NCBI GenBank assembly: GCA_002269645.1
Contig: NIVC01001493.1
Coordinates: 1 to 64,000, forward strand
Reading direction: 5' to 3'
Length of the DNA stretch: 64,000 nt
DNA from: Macrostomum lignano
Lineage: Eukaryota
The notes under the pieces were generated by a model, which was not told the DNA's origin, did not search any database, and saw nothing but the letters and a program-made list of their open reading frames with translations. Position numbers and translations under genes: made by a program. Shown in pieces: positions 35,529-47,170 of this stretch (the first letter of the stretch is position 1; every line of letters starts with the position of its first letter).

Positions 35529-36719
35529 ATGAGCAACTCAACCGTACGGGAGGTTCCCGTCGAAGGGCAAGCGGCATTCGGGCCTAGCCTGCCCGGCATT
35601 GCCTTCGTACTGCAGGTTTTCTTCTATTACGTCATCTTGGCTAATGGTATTCTAGGCTTGCTAAACAACACCTTGTCGAGCCTGGTGTTCACCATCTACC
35701 GAACCAAGTTCCCGCCCTCCTGTCTGTACTTTATCGTCCTATCCGTGACCGATTTCTTTTGCTGTTGGTTTCTGTGCATCCTGTTCTGGACTGGCGAGTC
35801 GCTGCGACAGATGGGTGGTCGGAGCTTCGATCTGTTCACCTTGAGCCTGTCCAGCTGCAAGAGTCTGCGCTACCTGCAGCAGATCTTCATCAGCACGGGG
35901 GCCTACTCAGTGGTGGTGCTGTCATACGAGCGGGCCGCTTGCCTTGTATCACCAGTTCGATTTCTGAGCTTCTTCACGGTCCGGCGTCGCGTTGCCATGC
36001 TATCGAGCATCGCGCTCTTTGCTGCCGTCCTCTGGACGCAAACTTTTATTGCTTTCGACATTCGGTCTCGATTTGTTAATAGCAGCCTAACGGGTTGCTA
36101 TCCGAGTACCAAAGAGTCTGTAAGCTTCATCTTAGCTTACTCGTACGAGATGATATTCGTGAACTATACTGTGCCGGCTATACTGATTTTGGGTGGCAAC
36201 ATTCTGGCCCTGATTGGATACCGAATGAACCGAATCAAGCAGGCTCAGCAGAGCGAGCTTCCAGCACCTCTGGCGGGTAGCGCAGTCGCGAATCGTCAGG
36301 CGGTTGAGAATGGAGTAAAGGTTACCATGGTGATGCTGTCAATGCAATATCTAATCCTAAACATGCCCTACTCTATCAGTTGGCCTCTATTTAGCTTTCT
36401 AAAGTACTTTAAGTACGAACTAACGGATCCAACGATGTTTTACAACGCCTCCTACCTAAATTCCATCTTCATGGTTTTGTCTACCGTCAACTATTCCGTA
36501 AACTTCTATTTTTATCTGTTCAAAGTGAGGCGATTCAGGCGCTACCTGCTGCGTATCCTCGGCTTTAATCGCTGCGAATTTCGGTGCAACAGACGTAGCA
36601 GCTCCAGCGGAAACGTTAATGCGGCACCTGTGGTTGCTGGGGCCGCCTGTCGATCGGGTGGCTGCGGATCTGGTATCGATCCATTAGCTAGGAGTGGCAA
36701 CTATCGCCCGAGATTTTAG
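35529..36719 (+). CDS. Intronless class A (rhodopsin-like) GPCR, FMRFamide/peptide-receptor-like, 396 aa
   Basis: Seven hydrophobic segments. N-terminal NST glycosylation site, GLLNNTLS in TM1, LSVTD in TM2, SYERAACLVSP (DRY-like), NMPYS in TM6 and NYSVNFYFY in TM7. First ATG at 35529. Confidence 0.88.
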   Translation: MSNSTVREVPVEGQAAFGPSLPGIAFVLQVFFYYVILANGILGLLNNTLSSLVFTIYRTKFPPSCLYFIVLSVTDFFCCWFLCILFWTGESLRQMGGRSFDLFTLSLSSCKSLRYLQQIFISTGAYSVVVLSYERAACLVSPVRFLSFFTVRRRVAMLSSIALFAAVLWTQTFIAFDIRSRFVNSSLTGCYPSTKESVSFILAYSYEMIFVNYTVPAILILGGNILALIGYRMNRIKQAQQSELPAPLAGSAVANRQAVENGVKVTMVMLSMQYLILNMPYSISWPLFSFLKYFKYELTDPTMFYNASYLNSIFMVLSTVNYSVNFYFYLFKVRRFRRYLLRILGFNRCEFRCNRRSSSSGNVNAAPVVAGAACRSGGCGSGIDPLARSGNYRPRF

Positions 36720-36934
36720 ATAGCCGCCATTATCTGGCTTTTCTAGTGCCCGGATGGCCAGGTTCTCGACCGAATTATGAGCTGAAGAAAGTCTTCAAAG
36801 CACGATTTGAATAGAAACCTTTTCTTACAGTGAAACTTAAGAGACTAGAAGTTTTCTGAAGTGTATGCGCACGCAAGTAGTAATTAGTGCACCGGAAAAC
36901 ATATCTTACAACTGAACCGATTTTTACTCCATAA

Positions 36935-37250
36935 AGCCACCTAACGCCCAGCCCCCACAAACCCCCACTCCCGACAGCCACCTCACGCCCAGCCCCCGCA
37001 AACCCCCACTCCCGACAGCCACCTCACGCCCAGCCCCCGCAAACCCCCACTCCCGACAGCCACCTCACGCCCAGCCCCCGCAAACCCCCACTCCCGACAG
37101 CCACCTCACGCCCAGCCCCCGCAAACCCCCACTGCCGACAGCCACCTCACGCTCCCACGCAAATCCCCACTCCCGACAGCCACCTCACGCCCAGCCCCCG
37201 CAAACCCCCACTGCCGACAGCCACCTCACGCCCAGCCCCCGCAAACCCCC
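36935..37250. repeat. 41-bp minisatellite (CCCAGCCCCCGCAAACCCCCACTCCCGACAGCCACCTCACG)
   Basis: About 7 tandem units. Confidence 0.92.
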
Positions 37251-37505
37251 AAAATGTAGCAGTGAATTATTTTAGGCGAGTTCTTAGTTGTCTCGTTGCG
37301 AGTTTGCGTTCGATTTATTTATTATCGTATTTACCTATTTTTTCGTTTTAAAATAGCTAGGCGCATAAATTTAATGTGCGATCGTTAAAGCTTTTCTGTT
37401 ATAGACACGTAACTTTTGTTTGTACTTTTTAGCATAGCTGTTCGAGTTTGCTTAAATGACTTTTGGTTTGGTTTTTGTCTTCAATTTGCGTTTGCTTAGA
37501 ATTAG

Positions 37506-38207
37506 TATACCTTTTTACGTTCTAAACTGCAACCAATTTGGCCACGGCTCAGTCTGACCATAGACATAGAATTTTCCATAGACAGCCACCGCTAGCGGCA
37601 ACCAATTTGGTAAAAACTGCGAGCTATTTTGCCAGCTTGAAGATAGCAGCTGCTCTGATGGCGAATCGTGGGCCGTACCAAAAGAAAAGTCAGCTGGATC
37701 GAGAGCGAATCGTGAGAGCGTACAGGAGTGGCGACGACTGGGGAGAGCTTGGCAGAATGATGGGGATGAAGAAACCGACAGTGAGGAACATCGTGACCAC
37801 GTATGAACGAACTGGTAGAGTTGGCACTCTGCCAAAAGGAGGAGTGAAGAGGATGGCGCTGACGGAGGCTATGGTGGACACCATTGTTCAATTCGTCGAA
37901 GGTCAACCTACTGCCTCTCACGCCTCTCAAGTGCCTGCGCTGGATCAACCATTCCCAGACGTACTTCAATCGGTGCTTGAATGCTGAGGACATAATGTTC
38001 TGACTTCGTGCATATATTTTTAGCATTCTTTATCGTTGTTGTTATGCTATTGAGCTGCTATCTTCAAGCTGGCAAAATAGCTCGCAGTTTTTACCAAATT
38101 GGTTGCCGCTAGCGGTGGCTGTCTATGGAAAATTGCTGCGGCTGCGTCAGGCTGAGCCGTGGCCAAATTGGTTGCAGTTTTTATCAAATAGAACGTAAAA
38201 AGGAATA
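37506..38207 (+). mobile_element. Internally deleted Tc1/IS630-like element; ~140-bp TIRs around an HTH-only ORF (37658-37987, 109 aa)
   Basis: TIR terminus TATACCTTTTTACGTTCTA / TAGAACGTAAAAAGGAATA. The ORF MANRGPYQKKSQLDRERIVRAYRSGDDWGELGRMMGMKKPTVRNIVTTYERTGRVGTLPKGG resembles the N-terminal HTH plus linker of Tc1/IS630 transposases. Confidence 0.78.
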
Positions 38208-38616
38208 TTTATAATTAGTTTAGCTATTGTAAGTTGTTTTCATCACTATTATAATATTCAAAACTATTTTAAAGTCAATTTTTGCACCTGCACTTGCGAA
38301 TTTTGTTTGTCTAAGTAAGAAATGCACCTCCCTATTGCGTCACAAATATAACTAGTAAAGTTTTTTACAAGGATATTTAAAAGGATTTTTACAAGGACAA
38401 GGATAAAGGAAAGTCTAATAAAGTTTTTAGGTTGATGAGATGAAAATTTGGGTTGAGTAGAAATACATAAACAGTTCTGTCAGTTGGTTGTCTTTATCGT
38501 TCAATTCTACCTTTGTCCTAATTATTTGCTTAAAACTTGTTTGGCTAACCGATCAAGCTGTCAATCAATTAACAAATTTCAATCGATCGATCGATCGTCA
38601 CTACTTGCAGCAGCCA

Positions 38617-41600
38617 ATGGCCAGTCCGCCGCCTCGTCAATTTAAATACTGCAGCTGTTTTTTGACGGACAACTATTTCCTGGAAGAGCTGGGCATCCAT
38701 CTGAATCTGCGTAGCCTGACAGATGACAGCTCGAAATTGTCCAACAGCGAGCTGGAACAGCTTATAGCTAAGGCGAGTGAGATTTCAATTGTCAAATTCA
38801 AATTTTGTTATCTTAAATAACATATTTTTTATTTCTCGAATGGCTTACCTATTCAAAATCCCATAGCTCAGGTTTAAATACCTTAAATCCTATGCCATAA
38901 ATACCATATTCTATATCTCAAATTCTATTACTTCTATTATTCCAATCCCATACCCAAAATTCAAAATCCCAAGTCCCATATCCCAAATCCCATACTCCAA
39001 ATCCCATACCCCGACCCCATAATCCAAATCCCATACCCCAATCTCATACCCCAAATTCTATACCCCAAATCCCATAACTCAAACACCATATCCCTAATCC
39101 CATACCTCAGATAGATCCGATACCTCATTTCCCATACCTTACCCCAATCCCATACCCCACATCTCATATTCCAATCACATACCCCTAATCCCATGCCCCA
39201 ATCCCATATCTCAAATCCCATAGACTAATCCCAAAACTAAAAATCCCATACCCCATAACCAAAAAGTCCCATACCCGATAACCAAAAATCCCATACCCCA
39301 TAACCAAAAATCCCATACCCCATAACCAAAAATCCCATACCCGATAACCAAAAATTCCATACCCCATAACCAAAAATCCCATACCCGATAACCAAAAATC
39401 CCATACCCGATAACCAAAAATCCCATACCCCATTACCAAAAATCCCATACCGGATAACCAAAAATCCCATACCCCATAACCAAAAATCCCATACCCGATA
39501 ACCAAAAATCCCATACCCCATAACCAAAAATCCCATACCCGATAACCAAAAATCCCATACCCGATAACCAAAAATCCCATACCCGATAACCAAAAATCCC
39601 ATACCCCATTACCAAAAATCCCATACCGGATAACCAAAAATCCCATACCCCATAACCAAAAATCCCATACCCGATAACAAAAAATCCCATACCCCATTAC
39701 CAAAAATCCCATACCCGATAACCAAAAATCCCATACCCCATAACCAAAAATCCCATACTCGATAACCAAAAATTCCATACCCCATAACCAAAAATCCCAT
39801 ACCCGATAACCAAAAATCCCATACCCGATAACCAAAAATCCCATACCCGATAACCAAAAATCCCATACCCCATTACCAAAAATCCCATACCCGATAACCA
39901 AAAATCCCATACCCGATAACCATAAATCCCATACCCCATAACCAAAAATTCCATACCCGATAACCAAAAATCCCATACCCCATAACCAAAAATCCCATAC
40001 CCGATAACCAAAAATCCCATACCCGATAACCATAAATCCCATACCCCATTACCAAAAATCCCATACCGGATAACCAAAAATCCCATACCCCATAACCAAA
40101 AATCCCATACCCGATAACCAAAAATTCCATACCCCATAACCAAAAATCCCATACCCGATAACCAAAAATCCCATACCCGATAACCAAAAATCCCATACCC
40201 GATAACCAAAAATCCCATACCCGATAACCAAAAATCCCATACCCCATTACCAAAAATCCCATACCGGATAACCAAAAATCCCATACCCCATAACCAAAAA
40301 TCCCATACCCGATAACCAAAAATTCCATACCCCATAACCAAAAATCCCATACCCGATAACCAAAAATCCCATACCCGATAACCAAAAATCCCATACCCCA
40401 TTACCAAAAATCCCATACCCGATAACCAAAAATCCCATACCCGATAACCATAAATCCCATACCCCATAACCAAAAATTCCATACCCGATAACCAAAAATC
40501 CCATACCCCATAACCAAAAATCCCATACCCGATAACCAAAATCCCATATCCCATTACCAAAGATCCCATACCTCATAACCAAAAATCCCATACCCCATAA
40601 CCGAAAATCCCATACCCCATAACCAAAAATCCCATACCCCATAACCGAAAATCCCATACCCCATAACCAAAAATCCCATACCCCATAACCGAAAATCCCA
40701 TACCCCATAACCAAAAATCCCATACCCCATAACCAAAAATCCCACACCCCCACCGCAGTCCTGGCTCGAGCGTCATCCCAGCGCGGACCGAGCTGCCCTG
40801 CAGCAGCAGCTCCGCCGCCTACAAGCGGAGGGGATTTTCTCCCGTTGTGCCGCCGAACTGCTAGCCGAGCAAACCCGTCGCGAGTCCGAGGATGAAGCGA
40901 GCTTTGCTAGGGAGGCTGAGATTGCCAGCCGGCATGTGTACAAGAATCCGGACCTTTTTAGCTATGGCGAGGTGTCGCAGGTAATTGCCGAATAATTAAA
41001 CAATTATAACTTGGGATTTTCGTATTTTCCTTTTCCAATCCAAGCGTGAGTCGCTTGAGTAGCTTGGTTTTACCCTTGGTATGACTCATTATCCTGCCAG
41101 AAAGAGTCAGTAACTATCCGCATTCTGCGCAAATTTGCAATTGGGCATTAAAATACTAATATTTCTACTGTAAGTAAGTAACATGGGTCATTTTTTAATT
41201 GTATGAAGTTTCAACTTATTATATAAAGCGTTTTTGTCTTGCATTGCGCAATTTTTTTTCATTTCAGCGGTCCATGTTTGATCCCAGATTTGTGGCCATT
41301 GTTGAGGCTTGTCGCCATGGCAACAAAGCGACACCTGGAGTGTCTATGGATGATCTGAGACAATACGGATTAAGGCAGGTGTTAGAGGTAAATTCCTTTA
41401 CAAAACGCGACTACAGTTAGAAATTTTTGCCAGACTTGCAAAAAATAAGTGATATTTGTTTAAAATGAATTCAAATACAAAATAGAGTTTAGTTTAGGAT
41501 ATAGTTCAGTTAGTATAGGGTTTAGTTTAGGCCATTGGGTTTAGGATAGGGTTTGGTTTAGGTTTATTTTAGGATAAGGTTTAGTTCAGGATAAGGTTTA

Positions 41601-42506
41601 GTTTAGTGTAGATTCAGTTCAGAAAATAGGTTTTAGATTTAGATTTAAAGTTTGAGTTAGATTAGGGTTCAAAATAGGGTTGAAGCAAAGTTTAGGTTTA
41701 GGTTAGGGTTAAGTTTGGCAGTCAATCTGTAGCTGTCAAATATGCGCACCTATGCAGCAGCCTTCCTTTGAATTCAACAGTTCAGAATGTACATGCAAAT
41801 ACGGTGTCCTATCAGTCAACTCAGTGCTAGAAGTCAGTCTCCCATCTCCATCTCCCAGGACGTGTACTTTCTGCCAGTCTTCTCCCCATCCTTCTGCTCC
41901 GCCCTGCGCTCCGAGTTCAGCCACTTCTCCGACCATTCGCCAGTGAAAACCGGCCGGCCGAACACCATGAACCGGGACGGCCTCCTATTGGACGAGCTCC
42001 GACCAATCAGAGCCTGGCTAGACCGGCTTCGATCCGATTGGCTGCAGCCGCTGGTTGATTGTCTGCTTCCGGAAGCAGCAAACGGGGCTAAATTGGACTC
42101 GCACCGGGCCTTCACAGTTCGCTACCTGCCTGGCAGGGACACCGGCCTCGGCTATCACTATGACAACGCTGAGGCCACTCTAAACGTGTGTCTAACCGAT
42201 TCCAATAGTTACCATGGCAACGCCTTGTACTTTGGCGATCTAGTCGAGCCCAAGCTTGGCGGCGGCTGTCCTTTGATCTCGCCGGAGCGGCTGGAAGCCT
42301 TGCCCGGTGTTGAGCAGCGCCTGGGCTGGGGGCTGCTGCACCCCGGACTGCGGATGCATGGGGTTCGCCGCCTGCTTGAGGGGACCCGTCTGAATCTCAT
42401 CCTGTGGCTGCGGGCCAGCCGCTTGAGGAACCGTCTCTGCCCGCGCTGCTGGCGCCGGCCTGAGTGCACCCGGTTGAGCCAGCGCTACGGTGACGGCATG
42501 ACCTGA
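38617..42506 (+). CDS. OGFOD2: 2-oxoglutarate/Fe(II)-dependent oxygenase domain-containing protein 2, 4 exons
   Basis: Exons 38617-38772, 40759-40980, 41268-41387 and 41859-42506, all phase 0; the first intron is GC-AG. Motifs CSCFLTDN, GRPNTMN, LDSHRAFTVRY, HYDNAEATLNV (HxD), MHG (distal H), RLNLILWLRAS..RN.LCP.C and GDG. Confidence 0.93.
38940..40750. repeat. 22-bp minisatellite (CCCATACCCSATAACCAAAAAT) filling OGFOD2 intron 1
   Basis: Tandem array ending 8 nt before the acceptor at 40758. Confidence 0.97.
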
Positions 42507-42598
42507 ACCCCAGGCTGAACCCCAGACTGAGCCCCAGACTGAACCCGACTGAACCCCAGGCTGAACCCCAGTCTGAACCCCAGTCTGAACCCCAGACT
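42504..42598. repeat. 12-bp tandem repeat (TGAACCCCAGRC) starting at the OGFOD2 stop codon
   Basis: The stop TGA is the first triplet of the first unit. Confidence 0.9.
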
Positions 42599-43055
42599 CC
42601 CTAAGTGAAAATTGTTTTCCATCCTACAAAACCCTATTTAATTTAGCACGAAATAAAACCCTAAAAAACCCTCAAAAAATAATTTTTTTTGAGAAACTTT
42701 TATCATCTCGAGTCGGATAATGTATAATGTACACGAATACGCTTAGATGCTACTTACAATGCGCACAACCAGTAGGCATATGCAGACATTAAAAGCTAAA
42801 TACAAAGCGACTGAAATTCTGCATAATAAGTTTTGTTTCTTGCATCTCGCCCTGCTGGGGAAATAGTAATTTGAGGAAATCAGACTACTCACATTCTCTG
42901 TGATCATCAATACTACTTGGATGATTAGCTTGTTTGGTTTACTTTAAATGTTGCTTGAATTGCGCTTGATGAAGATGATAGCTGGTTTTTTGAAGAGTTC
43001 TCAGCGCTTAATTGTAAGTACTTCACCTAAACTTCCGAACTGCAAAATAAGCAAG

Positions 43056-43679
43056 TATATCTTTTTGCGATCTAGTTTGCCAAAAACTGCAATCAATTTT
43101 GCCAAAACTGCGACCTAGTTTGCCCATAGCAAGCCAAGAATAATTTTTATTGAGAATCAATTCGGAAGTGTGACGAAATAAACTGTAACAGTAACAATAA
43201 ACAGCGAGTTTATAATGGTAGACGTAAGCACAAATGCTCTCAATCATAGCATTGTTAAGGGACCTCCGCTTGGCACCTCCGCGAGGCAGAGGCTCTATAC
43301 GACCGGTTGCGTTGAATTGTCCAACTATGTAAGTCACGGTTCTTCGTGAGATGCCCAACAGCCTACCGAAATCTTGCCAGTCCTCTCCATCCTGATATGC
43401 TTGAATCAATTGCTGCCGGTCCTTCGCTGAAATCCTGTTATAAGGTCCACGCTGGGCCATTCTTTGATCTTGCTATGTATGTCTGTGGTGTTTTCTTTGC
43501 TATGGGCAAACTAGGTCGCAGTTTTGACAAAATTGATTGCAGTTTTCAAAGAGTTGTCTGTGGCTGAAACTCTGGTCATGACTGAGCAGACTTTGCCTAG
43601 ACAGCAAAATTATAAGTGATATTTTTCCGCGGGCAAAATTGATTGCAGTTTTTGGCAAACTAGATCGCAAAAAGGTATA
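43056..43679 (-). mobile_element. Second internally deleted Tc1/IS630-like element with HTH-only ORF (ATG at 43460)
   Basis: TIR termini TATATCTTTTTGCGATCTA / TAGATCGCAAAAAGGTATA. The ORF MAQRGPYNRISAKDRQQLIQAYQDGEDWQDFGRLLGISRRTVTYIVGQFNATGRIEPLPRGG is homologous to 37658-37987. Confidence 0.78.
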
Positions 43680-43975
43680 CTTTTCCGTAGCAACGAGTAT
43701 ACGTCTTACCACAGACAATTGCAGCGTTCAAGGATCGAGGGAAACAAGGTGGGTGTTTCATATAGCAAACAGATATAGCCGCATATGTATAAGTTTTTGG
43801 CTTTTGCCGATTCTATAACTAAAACCTATAACAAAAGGTTGCAGAACTTTTTGATCACCCCTCTTAGTGGATACAAGTGCGGCTAGTGACAAGTGAATTT
43901 CATGTCGTTTGCATGTCGGCTTCCCCGTGTTTTTTTGAGTGTCGCCTCGACTATACGCAAAGAAAAGGAATTTGA

Positions 43976-44500
43976 ATGACTATGCGGCTGTATGAGTGTG
44001 AGCTTGCATTTAAGCAAGTCACAGGTCAACTTACCTCAAGCAAAGTGCTGATTCACTGTGATCCGTCCAAGAAGCTGAAGCTAGAATTTGACGCTCTCAT
44101 TTTCCATAAAACAAAGACCAGAGACAGGCCAATCGCCCACGCTTCTAGAACACTGTCAGCTGCTGAAAAGCAGGAACAGCATGTGAAACCCAGGCAAATC
44201 TAGCTAGTTCAGTAGATGACGGTGTACGTGTACGTGACAGAAACTCTGAAGGATCCGCGGTGTTGAAGCAGATGTCAGGACGGAACTGAAGCCATACTAT
44301 GACAAGAGACATGAACTGGGGTTGTCACTGGTGTACTATACTGCTGCTTGGGATGCGTGTGGTTATTCCTGCAGAGTTTTGCAGACTGGTTCTTACTCGG
44401 GCATTGTGCTCACAAAGTCAAAGGCGAGGATGCACTGCTGGTGGCCCAAAATTGATCAGGACTCTCTCAAGTGTACCTACCACTTCACTGAGACTGAAGC
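43976..44500 (+). pseudogene. Degenerate Ty3/Gypsy pol remnant (RT-RNase H linker and integrase zinc-binding region)
   Basis: CELAFKQV...LTSSKVLIHCDPSKKLKLEFDA...RPIAHASRTLSAAEK and ILLGMRVVIP...TKSKARMHCWWPKIDQD, with deletions and frameshifts. Confidence 0.8.
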
Positions 44501-44599
44501 GCGGTGAATTCCCTTAGAGCAACCTTTCTGCTGCTTATAACTTTCTACGTCAAATAACGAGCTAGGCCACTTAGTCATTAATTGGATTGGGGGATAAGC

Positions 44600-44830
44600 A
44601 AGCATCCCCGATAGCATGCTTCCCCAGATAGCAAGCATTCCCCAGATAGCAAAGCATCCCCCAGATAGCAAGCATTCCCCAGATAGCAAAGCATCCCCCA
44701 GATAGCAAAGCATCCCCCAAATAGCAAAGCATCCCCCAGATAGCAAAGCATCTCCCAGATAGCAAGCACCTCCCACCCCCAAGAGCAAGCATCTCTCAGA
44801 TAGCCAGCATCCCCCAGATAGCAAGCACCC
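44600..44830. repeat. ~19-20-bp minisatellite (CCCAGATAGCAAAGCATCC)
   Basis: Tandem units read directly. Confidence 0.9.
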
Positions 44831-45119
44831 TTAATGTATAATAGCTTCCTTCTACTTGTCCATGCTTGAAAATTCGGTGGCCATATTGGGCACTCACAGG
44901 CAACTAACTTGACTTTTTGGCGAAATTACCCGATCCGCTTGTACATCTAGGCATTGTGGCCTGCATGACGCATTTGTTAGGTCAGCCGCAAGCCAGTTGC
45001 ACTTTAAAATTTATACATTATATAAACAGGGCTTCATCGCGACTTCTGTTATTCGTGAGTTAATTGCGCTAAACATCGTGGCAGATTTTCCGTCTGTGTG
45101 AATTTGCATAAAAAATGAT

Positions 45120-45483
45120 TTTTTTTATTAGAGGCAGGGGGGTTGTGTGCACCCTGGCGCACTTTAAGCGACATAGGCACACAACCGGCGAGAGGCATTA
45201 CTGCCCATTCCGCCGACTCCCCTGAGTAGGCATACAAGCGCGCGGATACGTACGCAGGCACACACTCACACAGGAGTGTACAGCGGCCCTAACTTTATAT
45301 TATCGTTAGGCATGTACACTTCACTGCGCCTTGGGGGGTTGGCTCTCAAGGCCGTTAATTGCACAAGCAGAGCCAAGCCGAGATTCCAATTCAGCCCCAA
45401 ATTAATGTGACTGCACTTGGAATCGAGCCTGGGTCGCTGGCACACCAGAGCAGCTGCGCTACCGCTGGGCTACGGCCCCCCTA
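45120..45483 (-). mobile_element. Full-length tRNA-derived SINE (family 2) with 14-bp TSD
   Basis: Minus strand: GGGGCCGTAGCCCAGCGGTAG (A box) ... GGCTCGATTCC (B box) ... CTAATAAAAAAA tail. TSD GCATAAAAAATGAT at 45106-45119 and 45484-45497. Confidence 0.92.
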
Positions 45484-46617
45484 GCATAAAAAATGATATA
45501 ATCTGATTAAATTTCCACATCCTGCATCTAGCCTTAATGCATTTTCGCCATTTAAATGGTCTGTCATCCACGCGATAATTTTATAGTTTTGGCATTTGCT
45601 TGAATTGCATGCGCTAAACGAGTAAGTGCTTAGAAGTGCAACATTCTCTCTTATGTCGGAACATTCTCTCCTTCCTTCTGGAAGTGGGTAGCGTGCCGGT
45701 GTTCGCCGATATCGCTCCTCAGGTGATGGGGTCGCCAGTCAGTGCGGCGACAGCGAGACCTCAATTACAGCTCAACCGCGCCATGGTCCGCCGGTGGGTC
45801 GTTGCACTTGACCAGCTGGCTCCATCTGCTGCCTGTTAGAGCATGCAAGCGTGTTGGGCCCTGCTCGAGAGGCTCTTTCAACCCGCTTACCAATTTTTGC
45901 TCTCGAACACAGAGTCACGCGAGCTCTCCTTTACTTGTTGGTGTAGTCAAGGTTTTTGACCTGTCCCTGTGCCAAGCCTTCTGGTTGGACTGGTCTACTC
46001 CGCCGTTGCCTTACAAGCAGTACCGGCCCGCTTGTATGCGCTGTGCAGCCTCAGTTTATGTGTTTTACCCGTCTGTTTCTATTGGCTGCCAACCTACCAT
46101 GTCAGCCAAAACTTGAAAATTGGAATGCCAAGCAAAAACAGGCCCCTAATACATCTTCACAGTCCCCACGTATTGCATAGGAGGTATAAAATACTCGGAA
46201 ACTTTTGATTTTACCTGCTTGCTCTTCTATACGAGTTTGCGAGCTCAGTTTTTCATCCACGACCTTGTTTTGATCTTCTATCCCTGCAAATAAATTCTTA
46301 TCTCGATCATCCCGCTTTGAGCTGTGCAAGGTCGTGCTCACCCTTCAGCTCAAACTCGGCTGTGAGCACTAATCGGGCGAATTCAGATCGTTGAGAAGTG
46401 TTGAACTTGCACAGTCGAGGATAGAAAGAAAGGTAGGGGAGAAGACGATTACAGAGGCGCCAAGAAAGCAGGCGGTGGCTTTAAGAGTGTGGTGGGACTC
46501 TATCGGGCGTTAGCTGCGAGGATCTGTGTAATAATAGTCTGAGTAAACTGACTGCGCTTGCATAGATGAGGATTCGTTTATTCAACCGAATCCAGCAGTT
46601 TCCGTTCGAGTTTGAAG

Positions 46618-47137
46618 ATGCGCCTGTGCTGCTGCTTCCGCTGGCGGAACAAATCACTGCTGATGACTTCTGCGGCCTTCGAGAGGCAGCGACTGTGCTG
46701 GCGGCTGTGCGTCGGCTGCGTGGTTTTGCTGCTTGCCTGGAGCCGTGAGTCTGGTGCTGCTTTTCTTATATGAAATAATGATGAGGAATTGCTGTGTGAA
46801 GCTGCCTACTCTGCGAGAGGCCAGTTACCACTGTTTAAAGCAGATTGTCACACATTGTACAAGACTGTAAAACCAACTTATCAAACTGCACACCTAGACT
46901 TAGCTGACTCTTACATGTAGCAAAAAAGTTTCCAAGACTCAAAAAGTGCTGGAAAAGTCAATTCAAAATGAACCTAGGTATCTATTGCAACGAAATTGGA
47001 ATTCATCCTGGCAACAGCGTCAGGTTACTTGCCTGGCATGGTGCGGAAGCAATAGCTTACACTTGCTTGGAACATCTTCTAAGCTTTTCTGTCCCGCCTA
47101 GCCAGCACAACTGCTTGTTGCACCCTCGCACTCTCTC

Positions 47138-47170
<33 letters not shown>

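Noticed and set aside
39185-40776. Many hydrophobic repetitive minus-strand ORFs (GFLVIGYGIF...)
   Set aside because: Products of the 22-bp intronic array of OGFOD2.
41490-41715. Telomere-like TTTAGG/TTAGGG tract in OGFOD2 intron 3
   Set aside because: Highly degenerate and short; not evidence of a fusion site.
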